From Chrysemys picta bellii (lineage: Eukaryota), in the NCBI RefSeq assembly GCF_011386835.1, contig NC_088812.1, positions 2,852,001 through 2,916,000 of the forward strand: a stretch of DNA of 64,000 bases. The letters are read 5' to 3'. This document shows, piece by piece, positions 51,901 to 63,888 of this stretch; position 1 is the stretch's first letter; the number at the start of each line of letters is the position of its first letter. Below the pieces are notes generated by a model that was not told the origin of the DNA, did not search any database, and saw only the letters and a list, made by a program, of their open reading frames with translations. Made by a program: the position numbers and the translations under genes.

Positions 51901-54074
51901 CCCGCGGCCCAGCCATCACGTGGGTTACGTGCGTTAGCACATTGGAGACTCGTGTCCAGACACTGATGCCTGGAGCCCAGTGGTCAGCTCGGGATTAGGA
52001 AGTTTCTCCATCCACCTGCATGCCAAACTCCAATTCCCGGGCAAGGTTAGCAAGACCCTGCGCGCCCACCGAGCTGGAGGGGCCAGCGCAGACCTGCCCA
52101 GAGCTTCCTCGCACCAAGACGGGTTGCAGTGCCGTGGATGAAGGCAGCATAAAGCTGCAGCTTAAATAGGGAGAGGGTTCGGATCCTCCTTAAGAACTGG
52201 GGGCGGGCTGGTCAAGGGAGAATCTCCCCTCCCCACATCCTGCTTCAGACCCAGAGGGTGTGGGAGGGCCACCGCTGGGGGGAGCGATTTAGGGGAACCC
52301 ACCCATCCTACCCAAAGAGAGATCGGCTGGTCTCTTTGGCCCGTGAACTCCTCGAGGCAGGGACCGTTTCTCTCTCTGGGCAGTGCCTGGCAAGACGGGG
52401 GCCCTGGTGCTACGGGAAAGGTAGCGCTAGGTTTATATGCACCTTGCACACTTCTCCCACTGCTGCCACTGCCCGCGCTGCCCCCTCCTCGTCGGGCGCT
52501 GGTTCCGACCCAGCCTCCTCCCCTTCGGAAAGATCCACAACCACCTTCTCCACCTTCTCCTCTCCTGGGACGGCAACTGTAAGAGACAGAGCGGGGTGGA
52601 TGCGAGGGTGTCAGCCGTCCCCCCCGCCCCTTCCCACTCCAGCACCGCCACAGATCTGGGCAGCATCTCTGGGTGGGCCTTTAGCTCTGGTGCGCAAAGA
52701 GGCCTTGCAGTTTGGGGTGGGGGAGGAGGGGGAGGACGGGATGCCCCTCTGTGCTGGGGGCCCTAACATTAAGGCCCTGAACTATCCCTGTTCCCAGCCT
52801 CTGGCCACACCCCGATCTGCCCGCTATGCCAGTGTCCTGGACTCTGGCTAGTCCCTGCACCCTAGGGGCGATAGGGAGAAGCATAGCTTCAGCTTCGGCC
52901 TAAGGAGGCCCCTGTGGAGCTCAAATAGGGAGCCCACAGAAGCAGCTTAAAATTCCCACCCGCAAGCAGCGCAGAAAGGGAATAACGGAGAACCAGAGCC
53001 GAGCGCCTGGCATCCCCTGGTCCTGCTGCACTGGGCTCAAGGCGGAAGTGGGACAGGAGGCCAGAGGGTCACAGGGGTCCCGACTGGCTTTGAAAGCTAG
53101 GGTGCTAGTGAGGGTCGTACGAAGTTAACCATCCTGCTCACTGCATTGGGGCGGGGGATATTCGAGAGGGAGACACAGACATTTCCACTTACTCTGAATC
53201 CCCTTGGCTGAAAGCTGAAGGCGAATGAATTCTGTGATCACGGCACACCTGAGGCGGAAGGTCAGAGAGAGAGAGAGACACACACAGGCCTTAGTGCCCA
53301 TTAAGGCTCAGATCTAGGTCACGTCCCCTGGCGGACTCATGTTCCTGCGCAGTTTTTCCAAGCAATTCTCTCTATTGTCTTGTTAGCCCTGATTTCAAAA
53401 GTGACTGGATTTGGGGGGCCCTGATTGGAGACACGTTAATCCCCCGCCCCCCCTCGCCCTCACAGCAGGTGCTTGGCACTAGAGAGGTATGGTCTAATAG
53501 GAGAAGAACGGTGGTGTTTTGGAGACCTGGGTTCAATTCCGTGCTCTGCCACAGACTGCCTGGGTGAACCTGGGTCTCGATTTCCCCATCTGTACAATGG
53601 GATAATAGCCCTGCCCAGCCTCACAGGAGGGTTGCAAAGTGCTCATATATTACCGTGATGGGGGCCAGATAAGTACCTAAGATAAACAGCTCCAGGCCCT
53701 CCTCTTACTTGTACTTACGTCAGGTCTCGGTTAAACTCTTGCACGGGGTTGTAGAACACTTCGTTGGCACTGGGGAAGATGATCTTCGCTTTCCCCTCCG
53801 CAATCACCGTCTCCCCAGTTTGCACGGGGCCAGCGCAGCTCCCAGCATCCATCGCTAGGTCAGATGTAGGCAGCCGCTCCTCACTCTGCTCTGGATGGGA
53901 GCCATTGGCTTCCTGTGGGCATTGCCCCTCCATGTCCTTGGAAGGACAGAGCTTTCTGGCTGGCAGATCTTTGGGTGGCGGGAATCTCCGGCCCCTTCCA
54001 GTTGTTACAGTTCTGCCCGGCTGCCGGATGCAGCGTCTCATAAACCAAGCCAGTAGAGCGAACTCAGCTTTCAT
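45966..54074 (-). CDS. TRMT1: tRNA (guanine26-N2,N2)-dimethyltransferase, 16 coding exons, about 663 aa from the first in-exon ATG
   Basis: Exons (minus): 54074-53719, 53248-53193, 52576-52443, 51752-51565, 50991-50876, 50540-50428, 49780-49632, 49424-49341, 48970-48901, 48821-48687, 48505-48420, 48029-47921, 47665-47589, 46975-46856, 46290-46176, 46049-45966 (TAG). Total is 1992 nt with consistent phases. Motifs: [45 protein letters not shown]...CEHC. The start codon is uncertain (in-frame ATGs at 54074, 54041, 53933, 53852). Confidence 0.96.
50042..50365. mobile_element. hAT/Charlie-like MITE in a TRMT1 intron
   Basis: TIRs cagcggttctcaaac / gtttgagaaccactg with TSD ctctgggg / ctctaggg (7 of 8). 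Confidence 0.8.
51815..51882 (-). mobile_element. tRNA-derived SINE head fragment
   Basis: Pol III B-box GGTTCGATTCCC (51828-51817) preceded by an A-box-like TGGCTAACCGA. No complete cloverleaf. Confidence 0.5.
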
Positions 54075-55664
54075 CAGAACATCTTGTGTCACAGCTGTCT
54101 CCAGAATACAAGAGAGAAATAGTCCCTGAAGGATCCCCAAATGCTTTATAAACTACGCTCTTACTACAGGTTGTATTGTGGTAGTGCACTAGGCACTGTA
54201 TGTTATTCGGTGTATTACAGTCGCATCTAAGAGTCACAGGCCACAGCCTCACAGTGTTCAGTCCCAGAACAAAGACAGGCCTTGCCCCAAAGCGCCTGCA
54301 ATCTAAATATAAGAAGAGGCAACAGATGGCTGTAGACAGGGGAGCAAAAGGAAACCATATCAGTAAGTGTGATGAGCAGCGGTCTCTGTACATCAGCCAT
54401 TGCCAAGTGTTTTTGTAGCCCTCATGGCAAAGGAGAGTTAAGGAGGAATTTGAATTAGGACAACGAAATGGCTTTGCCAATGAGCATGCAAACGCTACTT
54501 CTGTAGCTCTCATTCCTGTAGTACCCAAGCACTGCCCAATCTTTAACGTCTTTCTACTCACGACCACTGTGAGGGAAGGAAGTGCTATTATCTGCGTTTT
54601 GTGGGAAAACTGATCTAGTTACATTGCTGCAACAATCTGGAGTGGATGCAGCACTACCCTATAAAGGTTTTGAGATCAGCAGAGCTTGATTTGGTAAATT
54701 TACCAGCACATCTTTATACTACTAAAACCACAGCCGCAAGAAGATGTGGCAATGATTTAACTACCTACATAGAAAAAAAAATCAGTGCAAAAACAGCGTA
54801 TAGACAAACCCTTAGCTCATGAGTTCTGTAAGACAGGGCATCTTTTTGTTTTGTGCCCATACAGCACCTCACAAAACAGGACCCTGCTCCATGGCTTGGA
54901 CTCCTAAGTGTTACTGCAATACAACAGCATTGTCAGCCCCACACATCCAAAAATTAGTCATCACAATGAAAGACGTTACAAGGTTGGCTTAAAGTCATCC
55001 GATTTCTTTGAAATAACACATGGGGTTCTTTTTATTTGATTTCTGGCATGGGTGCCATTGGGGTTCCCCAGGATTGTCCCTTTTTTTGCAATAGCTTCCC
55101 AGCTGAAACAGTTCAGATACCACAGGGTGGGTTTGGGGTTTTTTTGTGTGTACTTCAGAGGTAGCAACCCTAATAAAGGGTAGATGGTTATTTTTCCTTA
55201 AACAAAAGCTTGAGATTCTCATGTAGTCAGATGAGACAAGGAGCCAAGGTTGGTTTTTTTTTTTGGGGGGGGGGGGGGAGAGAAGGAGACGGACAAGCCA
55301 CCAAGTATCATGAGACTTACAATGAAACTGCAAGACATCCCCCCCGCCTGACGTTTTCTGGGAGACAGCTCAAACTGCTTGAAGGACCAGAGGGCCTCAA
55401 TCCCTCAGAATTAACGTGGGGGGAGGAATGGGAGGGGACCCTGTTTAAGGAGCCGATGCCAGGTTTTGAGCCTCGTGCAGGATAACTCAGAGGAGGAGGA
55501 AAGGGGAGAATAATCCCCACATGTCCCCCAGACTGAGGATTTGAGAGCTGAAATGTGAGATACCCTCCCAAAAAAGCTAAATAAATCCTGAGCCCACGGG
55601 GCCCTCCCTGGGGTGAGGGGCAGAGTATCCCCTTCCCCTCATTAACACTCCAGGCTTCCCTCAC

Positions 55665-55880
55665 CCAGAAAGCGCAGCAAACTCAGCCTTCCCTCCACGC
55701 CTTCCAGAAGCAGCTACATGGGCGGCGCCATATTGTATCCTGCGGGGAACGATCATGTGACCCCCATCCGGCCAATGGGAGGTGCCATGTACAGGGTGGC
55801 TAGAGGGACAAACGGCTTGGCGGCTGTGACCAAACGCGACCGGAAAATCAGTCCCATTGAGAATGGGCGGTGGGGGGCAG
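55665..55880 (-). promoter_or_regulatory. TRMT1 promoter and probable non-coding first exon
   Basis: Local CpG cluster, donor-like tgg|gtgagg at 55665/55664, YY1-type CGCCATATT at 55726-55734, E-box TCATGTGAC at 55753-55761 and CCAAT at 55772-55776. It matches the acceptor cag| before 54094. Confidence 0.6.
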
Positions 55881-56570
55881 CTGAGATAGGGACTGGGTTG
55901 AAGAGGAGTCCTGCCAGGTCGGGGGCGTGTCCCTCTTTTGAGGATCACTGTCAGGCTGCTCCCCCTTTAATGTGGCTGCATCATGACTGCAACCCAGGCA
56001 GCCTGGCAATAAAAACCACCATGGCACAACACAGGGAGTGCGTGAGACACCCATCCAGTGCCCCGCAAAATGCAGCCATGTCAAGAACGCCACATGGCAG
56101 CAGGGGTGCAAAACACGCCACTTTGTGGACTGAGCTCTGGTTCCCCACCCCCAGCCCCGTCGGGATCCAGCAGACTCCCTGAGGTCCGCACCTATCCTGA
56201 GGGGTGGAGATCTGTAGCTGGCCCTATCCTCTCCCCCGGAGCAGAGGGGCTCAGTGGGTATAGATCTGTATTCCCATTCTCTAGTCCTCTGCACAGGCCT
56301 GGTGGTGGTAGTGGTGGAGGAGGGGACAATGTCTGTAACCCCTCCCACCTCATCTCCCCCCCATGAGGCTCATTAACTCCTCCGAGAGCCTTCAGCAGCA
56401 TCCCAGGAAGGGATGGGGATGCCACAAATGAAGCTGATCCCTCATCCCCACCCCCTCCAGGGTCCACAGGTGCATGCCAGGCCTGCAGACTCCACAGCCA
56501 GACAGGGCCTATTGGCCCATCCTAGTCCTTCCCTACATATGGCTACTCAACTGTCTGTCTCTTCCTCCTG

Positions 56571-57070
56571 NNNNNNNNNNNNNNNNNNNNNNNNNNNNNN
56601 NNNNNNNNNNNNNNNNNNNNNNNNNNNNNNNNNNNNNNNNNNNNNNNNNNNNNNNNNNNNNNNNNNNNNNNNNNNNNNNNNNNNNNNNNNNNNNNNNNNN
56701 NNNNNNNNNNNNNNNNNNNNNNNNNNNNNNNNNNNNNNNNNNNNNNNNNNNNNNNNNNNNNNNNNNNNNNNNNNNNNNNNNNNNNNNNNNNNNNNNNNNN
56801 NNNNNNNNNNNNNNNNNNNNNNNNNNNNNNNNNNNNNNNNNNNNNNNNNNNNNNNNNNNNNNNNNNNNNNNNNNNNNNNNNNNNNNNNNNNNNNNNNNNN
56901 NNNNNNNNNNNNNNNNNNNNNNNNNNNNNNNNNNNNNNNNNNNNNNNNNNNNNNNNNNNNNNNNNNNNNNNNNNNNNNNNNNNNNNNNNNNNNNNNNNNN
57001 NNNNNNNNNNNNNNNNNNNNNNNNNNNNNNNNNNNNNNNNNNNNNNNNNNNNNNNNNNNNNNNNNNNNNN
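56571..57070. other. Assembly gap (500 N)
   Basis: Exactly 500 N; true size unknown. Confidence 1.
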
Positions 57071-57083
57071 AGCTGTAATCTCT

Positions 57084-60000
57084 TCACCAAGGCGGGGACA
57101 TGGGTTGGGGATTCTGTAGATAGGACATCACCACAGCAGAGATAGACAACCTGAATCCAGAGGAAGAAAATCAATCGTTTTAAAAACCAACCAACCATGA
57201 GGTTTTTTTATTATTATTTCAATATCCACCGTCATGTCTGGGTCTTGTACAGCACTAGCATGTTGGTGAACAATTCCCAGGGATTCCAAAGTACTTGCTT
57301 TCTCAACCATGCATACAAGGATTGCTCACCCACACAGAGGTGTAGCCACCTCTACAGTGGAAGGCAGCAGCTGCTTAACATCCAACACTGTACCAGTTTT
57401 TGACAGGAGATGAAGAATTTTTCATCCAACTGGAACTGCAGTGTAGGTATTTAAGGAAACAGACTGTAGATTCCAGAGTTGGGAACTGGTCAGGACATGG
57501 GTTCACAGCTCAGCTTTTAGGAAAAGATGCTGTAGAATTTAATATCCAAGAACGAGCGAGACCTTGCTTTTACATCTCATTCAAACAATGGCACCTCCAA
57601 CAGACCAGCCCTCTATCACCAAAGCACCATGCTGGGGCGCTGGTTCATTGCGGACTAGGATGAAGAGCGCTCCGTACTAATCATCAATACCATTTTATCC
57701 CCATTTTACAGATGGAGAAACCAAGGCAGCAGGAAAGTGTCAAAGTACAAAATCATGCCGTATTAGTGGCAGAGTTGGGCACAGAACCCAGAAGTTCTGG
57801 CTTCTACTCCTCTGCTCTAACCACAACGTGGACAGGTAGGCACATTTGGACCCATGTCTTCGATTCACATGGTCAGTGAATAAGACGGTTAAAGGAAGAC
57901 AATGACTCACATGAAGCTGCTCATCATCTGTTTGGTGTCCTCTGAGCTTCTGGAGTTGGCAAAGCTAATGAAGGAGCAATAGACAGCAATCCAAGCACAC
58001 CACTTCAGCTAGAAACACAGAGGAACTAATTTGAGACCCTCAAAGTGGGCACTTATGGGATCTCTCAGGATCTTCAATAGCTAATAATACTGGGCAAGTC
58101 TCAGAGCTCTTTAAAACATTCCTTAAACAAAGATCACAATCCCTGCTCCCTTGTGAAGTTAGTATCAATACCATTTCACCAACTCGCCCAAAGTCACACA
58201 GCAAGTCAGTAGCAGAGCTGGGAACAGGACCCTGAAGTCCTGGCTCCCAGTCCCGATTTAACCATTAAGACACACTCCCTCCTCCAGCCAGGAAGAGCCC
58301 ACTAGAGCCTGGACTCCCAGTTCCCTTTTCTACCCACTAAACACTCAGCCAGGAACAGAAGTAATGACGACTCCTCTTCCAATCCTGTTTCAGTGCAGTG
58401 GCTTAGACCACTCTAGGTCTCCCCCTCTTCCATCCCCCAAATCATTTAACACAGGGAGGCTGTGGAATCCCTGTCACTGGAGGTTTTCAAGCACAGGTTA
58501 GACAAACGTTTGTCAGGGATGGTCTTGGCATACTTAACCCTGCCTCAGTGGGTGGGGGGGAGATGCACTCTGGGCATGTCTACACTGTAAAGAAAAACCT
58601 GTGGCGCTGAGTCTCAGAGCCTGGGTCACTTGACTCAGACTCACAGGGCTTGAGCTGCAGGGCTAAAAATGGCAGTGTGCACATTCCCGCCTGGGCTGGA
58701 GCCCGGGATCTGAAACCTGCCAAAGCAGGAGGGTCTTGGAGCCCAGGCTCCCGCCTGAGTGGGAACGTCTACACTGCTATTTTTAGCCCTGCAGCAGAGC
58801 CAGTTGCTCTGGCTCTCAGACTCGGCACCGTGGGTTTGTCTTTGCAATTCAGATACACACTAGGTCCCTCTTGAGGTCCCTCCTTGCCCAGCAGTTCTAG
58901 GATTCTGTGAAAGATCAGCCATTGGTTAAGGGAACAGGCACGGGGAGGCTATGGAGTGCTACAGCGCCCAGCTGCACAGATGTCCTTTATAATAAAGAGC
59001 ATGCGTCTCATGTTTGCTTCGCCCTAGAAGGCATCTTACCTACGCAAGATCTAATGTTCATTCCTTTCCTGCTCACCTTAAGCATTAAGCCACACATGCT
59101 GAAAATCATCCCCAACAGGTTCATGTAATCTGGAGTGGGATCTTCCAGCGTGGGGTTGTTCTCTGTAGACGGAGGCTTGTACCTACAAAGCAAGCGTGCA
59201 ATAGCATGTTACGAGAGCGAGACGGGAGTGTTAACTCACGCTTGGAAACTATTAGCCCTCTTCTCCATAGGTAACATGAAGATAAACAGGGATCTGCGAG
59301 GGTGTGGAATGGGATTAGGGGCCTTTCATCTCCAGGTCACTGGTATCAGTCCAGCCCTAGCTCAGGCAGACTGGGTGGCACAGGGTGGGGATGAGGAATC
59401 AGACACGGGGGCTTTCTCATCTAGGGCACTGGTTCATATCCATCCCCAGGCCTGAGCAACTTAGCACAATCAGGGAATGAGTTATGGAGCCTTTCACCTC
59501 CAATAACCAGGTCTAATGCAGGTAGAGAGGGATCTAATGTCAGTCCTAGCTGAGGTCTGTTCTTGGGGCTGTGGGAAACATGTTGGCAGGTTTCTGGTTG
59601 GTTGCCATTGGCAAGAGGGGACTAGGGAACAAGAATAACCTGGGGTGGGAAGTGCCAGTATCTCCAGTTCCCTCCTCTCTGCCAAAAGACTGTCACCCAT
59701 GACCCTCCAACAACTGGCCAGATTCCTACCACCCACCCCTTGGGGATCCCGCTGGGTAACCCCACCAGATACAGACCCCATAGTGATCACTCACCCTTGG
59801 GGTCCCGCTGGTTAACCCCACCAGATACAGACCCCATAGCGATCACCCCTTCCTGTTTAACAGGACAATTTGCCCCCACCCTGAGGCTTTGGCTATCAAG
59901 GGGCTGCCACATGGAGCTCGCTGTCCAGACATCCCTCAGGGGCACGCTTCAGCATTCCCTATGGGGCAGCGCCATGGCCTCACTATGAGGACCCCGAATC

Positions 60001-61075
60001 ATAGAATCTCAGGGTTGGAAGGGACCTCAGGAGGTATCTAGTCCAACCCCCTGCTCAATACAGGACCAATCCCCAACTAAATCATCCCAGCCAGAGCTTT
60101 GTCCTTAAAAACCTCTAAGGAAGGAGATTCCACCACGTCTCTAGGTAACCCATTCCAGTGCTTCACCACCCTCCTAGTGAAAAAGTTTTTCCTCATATCC
60201 AACCTAGGCCTCCCCCACTGCAACTTGAGACCATTACTCCTTGTTCTGTCATCTGGTACCACTGAGAACAGACTAGATCCATCCTCTTTGGAACCCCCCC
60301 TTCAGATAGTTGAAAGCAGCTTTCAAATCCCCCCTCATTCTTCTCTTCTGCAGTCTAAACAATCCCAGTTCCCTCCGCCTCTCCTCATAAGTCATGTGCT
60401 CCAGACCCCTAATCATTTTTGTTGCCCTCTGCTGGACTCTTTCCAATTTTTCCACATCCTTCTTGTAGTGTGGGGCCCAAAACTGGACACAATACTCCAG
60501 ATGAGGACTCACCAACGCCGGATAGAGGGGAATGATCACGTCCCTCGATTTGCTGGCAATGCCCCTACTTATACAGCCCAAAATGCCGTTAGCCTTCTTG
60601 GCAACAAGAGCACACTGTCAACTCATATATCCAGCTTCTCGTCCACTGTGACCCCTAGGTCCTTTTCTACAGAACTGCTACCTAGCCATTCGGTCCCTCG
60701 TCTGTAGCAGTGCATGGGATTCTTCCGTCCTCAGTGCAGGACTCTGCACTTGTCCTTGTTGAACCTCATCAGGTTTCTTTTGGCCCAATCCTCTAATTTG
60801 TCTAGGTCCCTCTGTATCCGATCCCTACCCTCTAGTGTATCTACCACGCCTCCTAGTTTAGTGTCATCTGCGAACGTGCTGCGGGTTCAGTCCACACCAT
60901 CCTCCAGATCACTAATGAAGACACTGACCGAACCCGGCCCCAGGGCACAGGGACACTCCGCTTGACACCAGCTGCCAACGAGACATGGAGCCACTTAACA
61001 GAACTCGCCCGCCCCGCCCGCTCACCTCAGCACCTTGTTGGGCCGCCGGGGGTCCGCCATGCTGTTGCTGGCCAT
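57084..61075 (-). CDS. WDR83OS: PAT complex subunit Asterix, complete, 4 exons, 106 aa
   Basis: Exons (minus): 61075-61026 ([17 protein letters not shown]), 59182-59077 ([35 protein letters not shown]), 58008-57911 ([33 protein letters not shown]), 57150-57084 ([24 protein letters not shown]). Total is 321 nt, all GT-AG. Confidence 0.97.
58460..58560 (+). mobile_element. CR1 LINE 3' fragment
   Basis: gggaggctgtggaatccctgtcactggaggttttcaag...ttagacaaac...gtcagggatggtc. Confidence 0.6.
58573..58860. mobile_element. PIF/Harbinger-like MITE (decayed)
   Basis: Starts gggcatgtctacactg, with internal tctacactgc and gggctaaaaat / atttttagccc inverted words. Confidence 0.5.
59996..60990 (-). mobile_element. 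5'-truncated CR1 LINE (about 1 kb) in WDR83OS intron 1
   Basis: 3' terminal repeat gaatcatagaat and ORF2 remnant [34 protein letters not shown]...RRMRGDL, broken by frameshifts. Confidence 0.92.
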
Positions 61076-61345
61076 GCTCCCGGGGGGCGCGGATCGCTGT
61101 AACACCCCGCGGCCCGGAGCAATGGTTCCGGATGACCCCCTTCCCCCGCGCCTGGCCGGGGCGAGCCGGGCCCCGAGCCGGACCCCACGGGGGACGAGGC
61201 GGGGCCGACAACGAGCGCTGCCCCCCGCGGTGGGTCCCGGCTCAGAGCAGGCGGGGCCAAGGGGGGCGGAACCAAGGGAGCCGGAACCTGCGGGGCCGGG
61301 GGACGGGAATGGGAGCCGGACACGGAGCGCCCCTCTCCCCAGGTA
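60995..61345. promoter_or_regulatory. CpG-rich bidirectional promoter of WDR83OS / WDR83
   Basis: Dense CpG stretch containing WDR83OS exon 1 and lying between two divergent genes, with CCGGA/GGAA Ets-like words. Confidence 0.7.
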
Positions 61346-61393
61346 CTGCGTGGGGGAGAGGAAGCGGGAGGGGGCCCAGGGCCGGGAGGGGGG

Positions 61394-61630
61394 GCTATAG
61401 GGGGCTCGGGAACATATAGGGGATGAGTGAGCCTGTAATAGACTGGGGGGGCTATAGGGGGCTTGGGAGTATATAGGGGATCAGTGAGCCTGTAATAGAC
61501 TGGGGGGGGCTATAGGGGGCTTGGGAGTATATAGGGGATGAGTGAGCCTGTAATAGACTGGGGGGGGGCTATAGGGGGCTTGGGAGTATATAGGGGATCA
61601 GTGAGCCTGTAATAGACTGGGGGGCTATAG
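61394..61630. repeat. About 58-bp minisatellite, 4 copies, downstream of the WDR83/WDR83OS CpG island
   Basis: Unit gctatagggggcttgggagtatataggggat(g/c)agtgagcctgtaatagactggggggg. Starts at about 61394, 61451, 61509, 61568 and 61624. Confidence 0.92.
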
Positions 61631-62125
61631 GGGTTGGAAGGAGACTGGGAGGAACGGGGGGCTATAGGGGGCTCTATAGGTGCAAGGCTGTGGAGGCCAT
61701 AGGGGTGGGTTGAAGGACACTGCACACAGCTCTATAGGGGATGGGTCGTGGATGGCTCTAAATGTGTGCAGCTCCCCGGGTCTTAATCGGGTGACCTCTG
61801 TGTCCCCGACCCCCCCCCCCCCCCCCGGACTGCACATCAAACCCAGCCAAGGCCTAGATCTAGCGGGGGTTGGGTTTTCCTTTTCCCTGCCTCCTGTGGC
61901 AGCAACAGCCACCAAATCACTTTCCTGTTGTTTCCTGAGCCAGGACGGCACCAACCGCTTCCCCCAGCGTGTGAGCGAGTGACTCCAGCCCCCAGGGAGA
62001 CGCCCGTAAAGCCGGAGTCTGGTGAGAGATTTGTAACGCGCCCCAGCGTCACCCCAGCCCCACGCTCACAGAGTCCAGATCTCTCAGATTTAGCCACCGT
62101 AGGTACCAGCCGCTTGGGTCCCATC

Positions 62126-63888
62126 ATGGCGTTTCCTGAGGCGAAGCCCAAGAAGCCAGAGCTGCCAAAGAAGCTGGTGCAGACTCTGGAGTGCAAACAG
62201 GGAGCGGTCAGGGCAGTGAGGTTTAATGGTGAGTGTGTCCTCACGGGCCCCATGAAGGGAGGCAGTGGGGTCTAGTGGGTTGAAATGAGGGGCAGGACTC
62301 CTGGATTCTGTTCCCCTCTGGGAGGGGAGTGGGGTCAAGTGGTTAGAGCAATGAAGTCCGAGCCGTGTGGGGCATTTAGAGCCCTGTTGATGCCAGCGAG
62401 GAGATCTGCCCTTAGTTTCTTCCATCGGGGGGGGGGCGGCTGGGAGAGCATGCATGGAGGAGTGGGACTAGCCGGGAGCCATGCAGAGTAAGAGGACAGA
62501 AGGGAGGAGAGCACAGCTGTGGGGTGGAAATGCTGGATGTGGGGCTGGTGCCTCTGTGGGGCAGGCACAAGCTGTGGGGTTGCTACGCTGTCCCCTTGGA
62601 TCATTCTCTGTCCTGTCTCCTGCAGTGGATGGAAATTACTGTCTCACCTGCGGAAGCGACAAGTCCCTGAAGCTGTGGAACCCCCACAAGGGGACCCTCC
62701 TGAAGACCTACAGTGGCCACGGCTACGAAGTGTTGGACGCGGCTGGGTAAGGGCGGGGAACGGACTCCACTTCTCTCGGAACCCCAGGGGCTTCAGGATC
62801 AACGCCACTTTAGAGTGTTTGGCATGCAAGTGGTTAGAGCAGGTGGGGAAGGGTATTGGCGGAGGCGGAGTGAGTACTGCGGGGTTCTGTCCCCAGCTCT
62901 GGGAGTGAGTGGTTTCTAGTGGATTGTTCAGGAGGGACACGGGGAGTCAGGATTCCTGGGTTCTATTATGTCACTGATTTGCTGTGTGGCACGTCTCCCC
63001 CTTGTGCCTCAGTTTCTCCCTAGCCGTAAAACGGGGACAGCTAGGCCGACATGCCAAAGGGATGCAAAGCCTCGTAGATGCGCATCTGTAACCTCCCCCT
63101 GCGTGGTCGTATCTTCACAGTAACGCCTAACCTTGTCTTCCTGCTTCCCCCACAGCTCCTTTGATAACAGCCAGCTCTGCTCCTGTGGGGCCGACAAAAC
63201 GGTCGTCCTGTGGGACGTAGCCAGTGGGCAGGTGATCCGCAAGTTCAGAGGTCACGCGGGGGTGAGGCCCGTTTGGTTACTGCAGTGCTGCCTAGGTTGG
63301 GGGTGCCACAGGCTGATATCAGCCAGCCTGCTACATGTGCGGAATGACTTGGCTGGGTGTGGGGAGGGGCCGGCCCAGCTACTCTCTCCCTGTCCCACTA
63401 GGACTTAACACAAGTTGCAGGTGTAGCTGCCTGCCCCATCACTTATTACATCAGTCCAGGGAGGCTCCCTTGCTCTCAGCCAGTGGGTGTGACCCATGCG
63501 GCCTTAACCCTTCCTGCTACCAGGGTGGGGACTGAATCGAGGTGGTGCTGCCTAGAGCGGTGCCCGGACAGGTGCAGCAACTGAGTGTGGGCCCAGGGGA
63601 AGGGTTATAGGATGGTGAAGCAGCTCGGGGTTACGTTGAGTTGCTTGTTGGGAGGGGAGATGGGGGGGCTGTTGGGGAAGCTGCAGCCAGGTTGAGGAGG
63701 GGGTGAGGGGATCAGGGTGGCTTAGGGGGAGATTGCTCGGGGGACGGTCCAGCGACTGCAGGGAGAGCGCTCGAGGGCCACGCCCCGTGCGCTGGACTTG
63801 GCCCCGGCTGTCCTTCCTGACCGGTCTCTCCATCCACAGAAGGTGAACTGCGTGCAGTTCAACGAGGAGGCCACCGTGATCCTGTCGG
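62126..63888 (+). CDS. WDR83: WD repeat protein 83 (MORG1), 5' part; continues beyond window
   Basis: Exons: 62126-62228 (MAFPEAKPKKPELPKKLVQTLECKQGAVRAVRFN; acceptor tag| before 62103), 62626-62746 (DGNYCLTCGSDKSLKLWNP...GHGYEVLDAA), 63156-63261 (SFDNSQLCSCGADKTVVLWDVASGQVIRKFRGHAG), 63840-63888 (KVNCVQFNEEATVILS). All GT-AG and in phase. Confidence 0.96.

Noticed and set aside
60273-60581. 102-aa ORF as a host gene
   Set aside because: It is a frameshifted CR1 ORF2 remnant.
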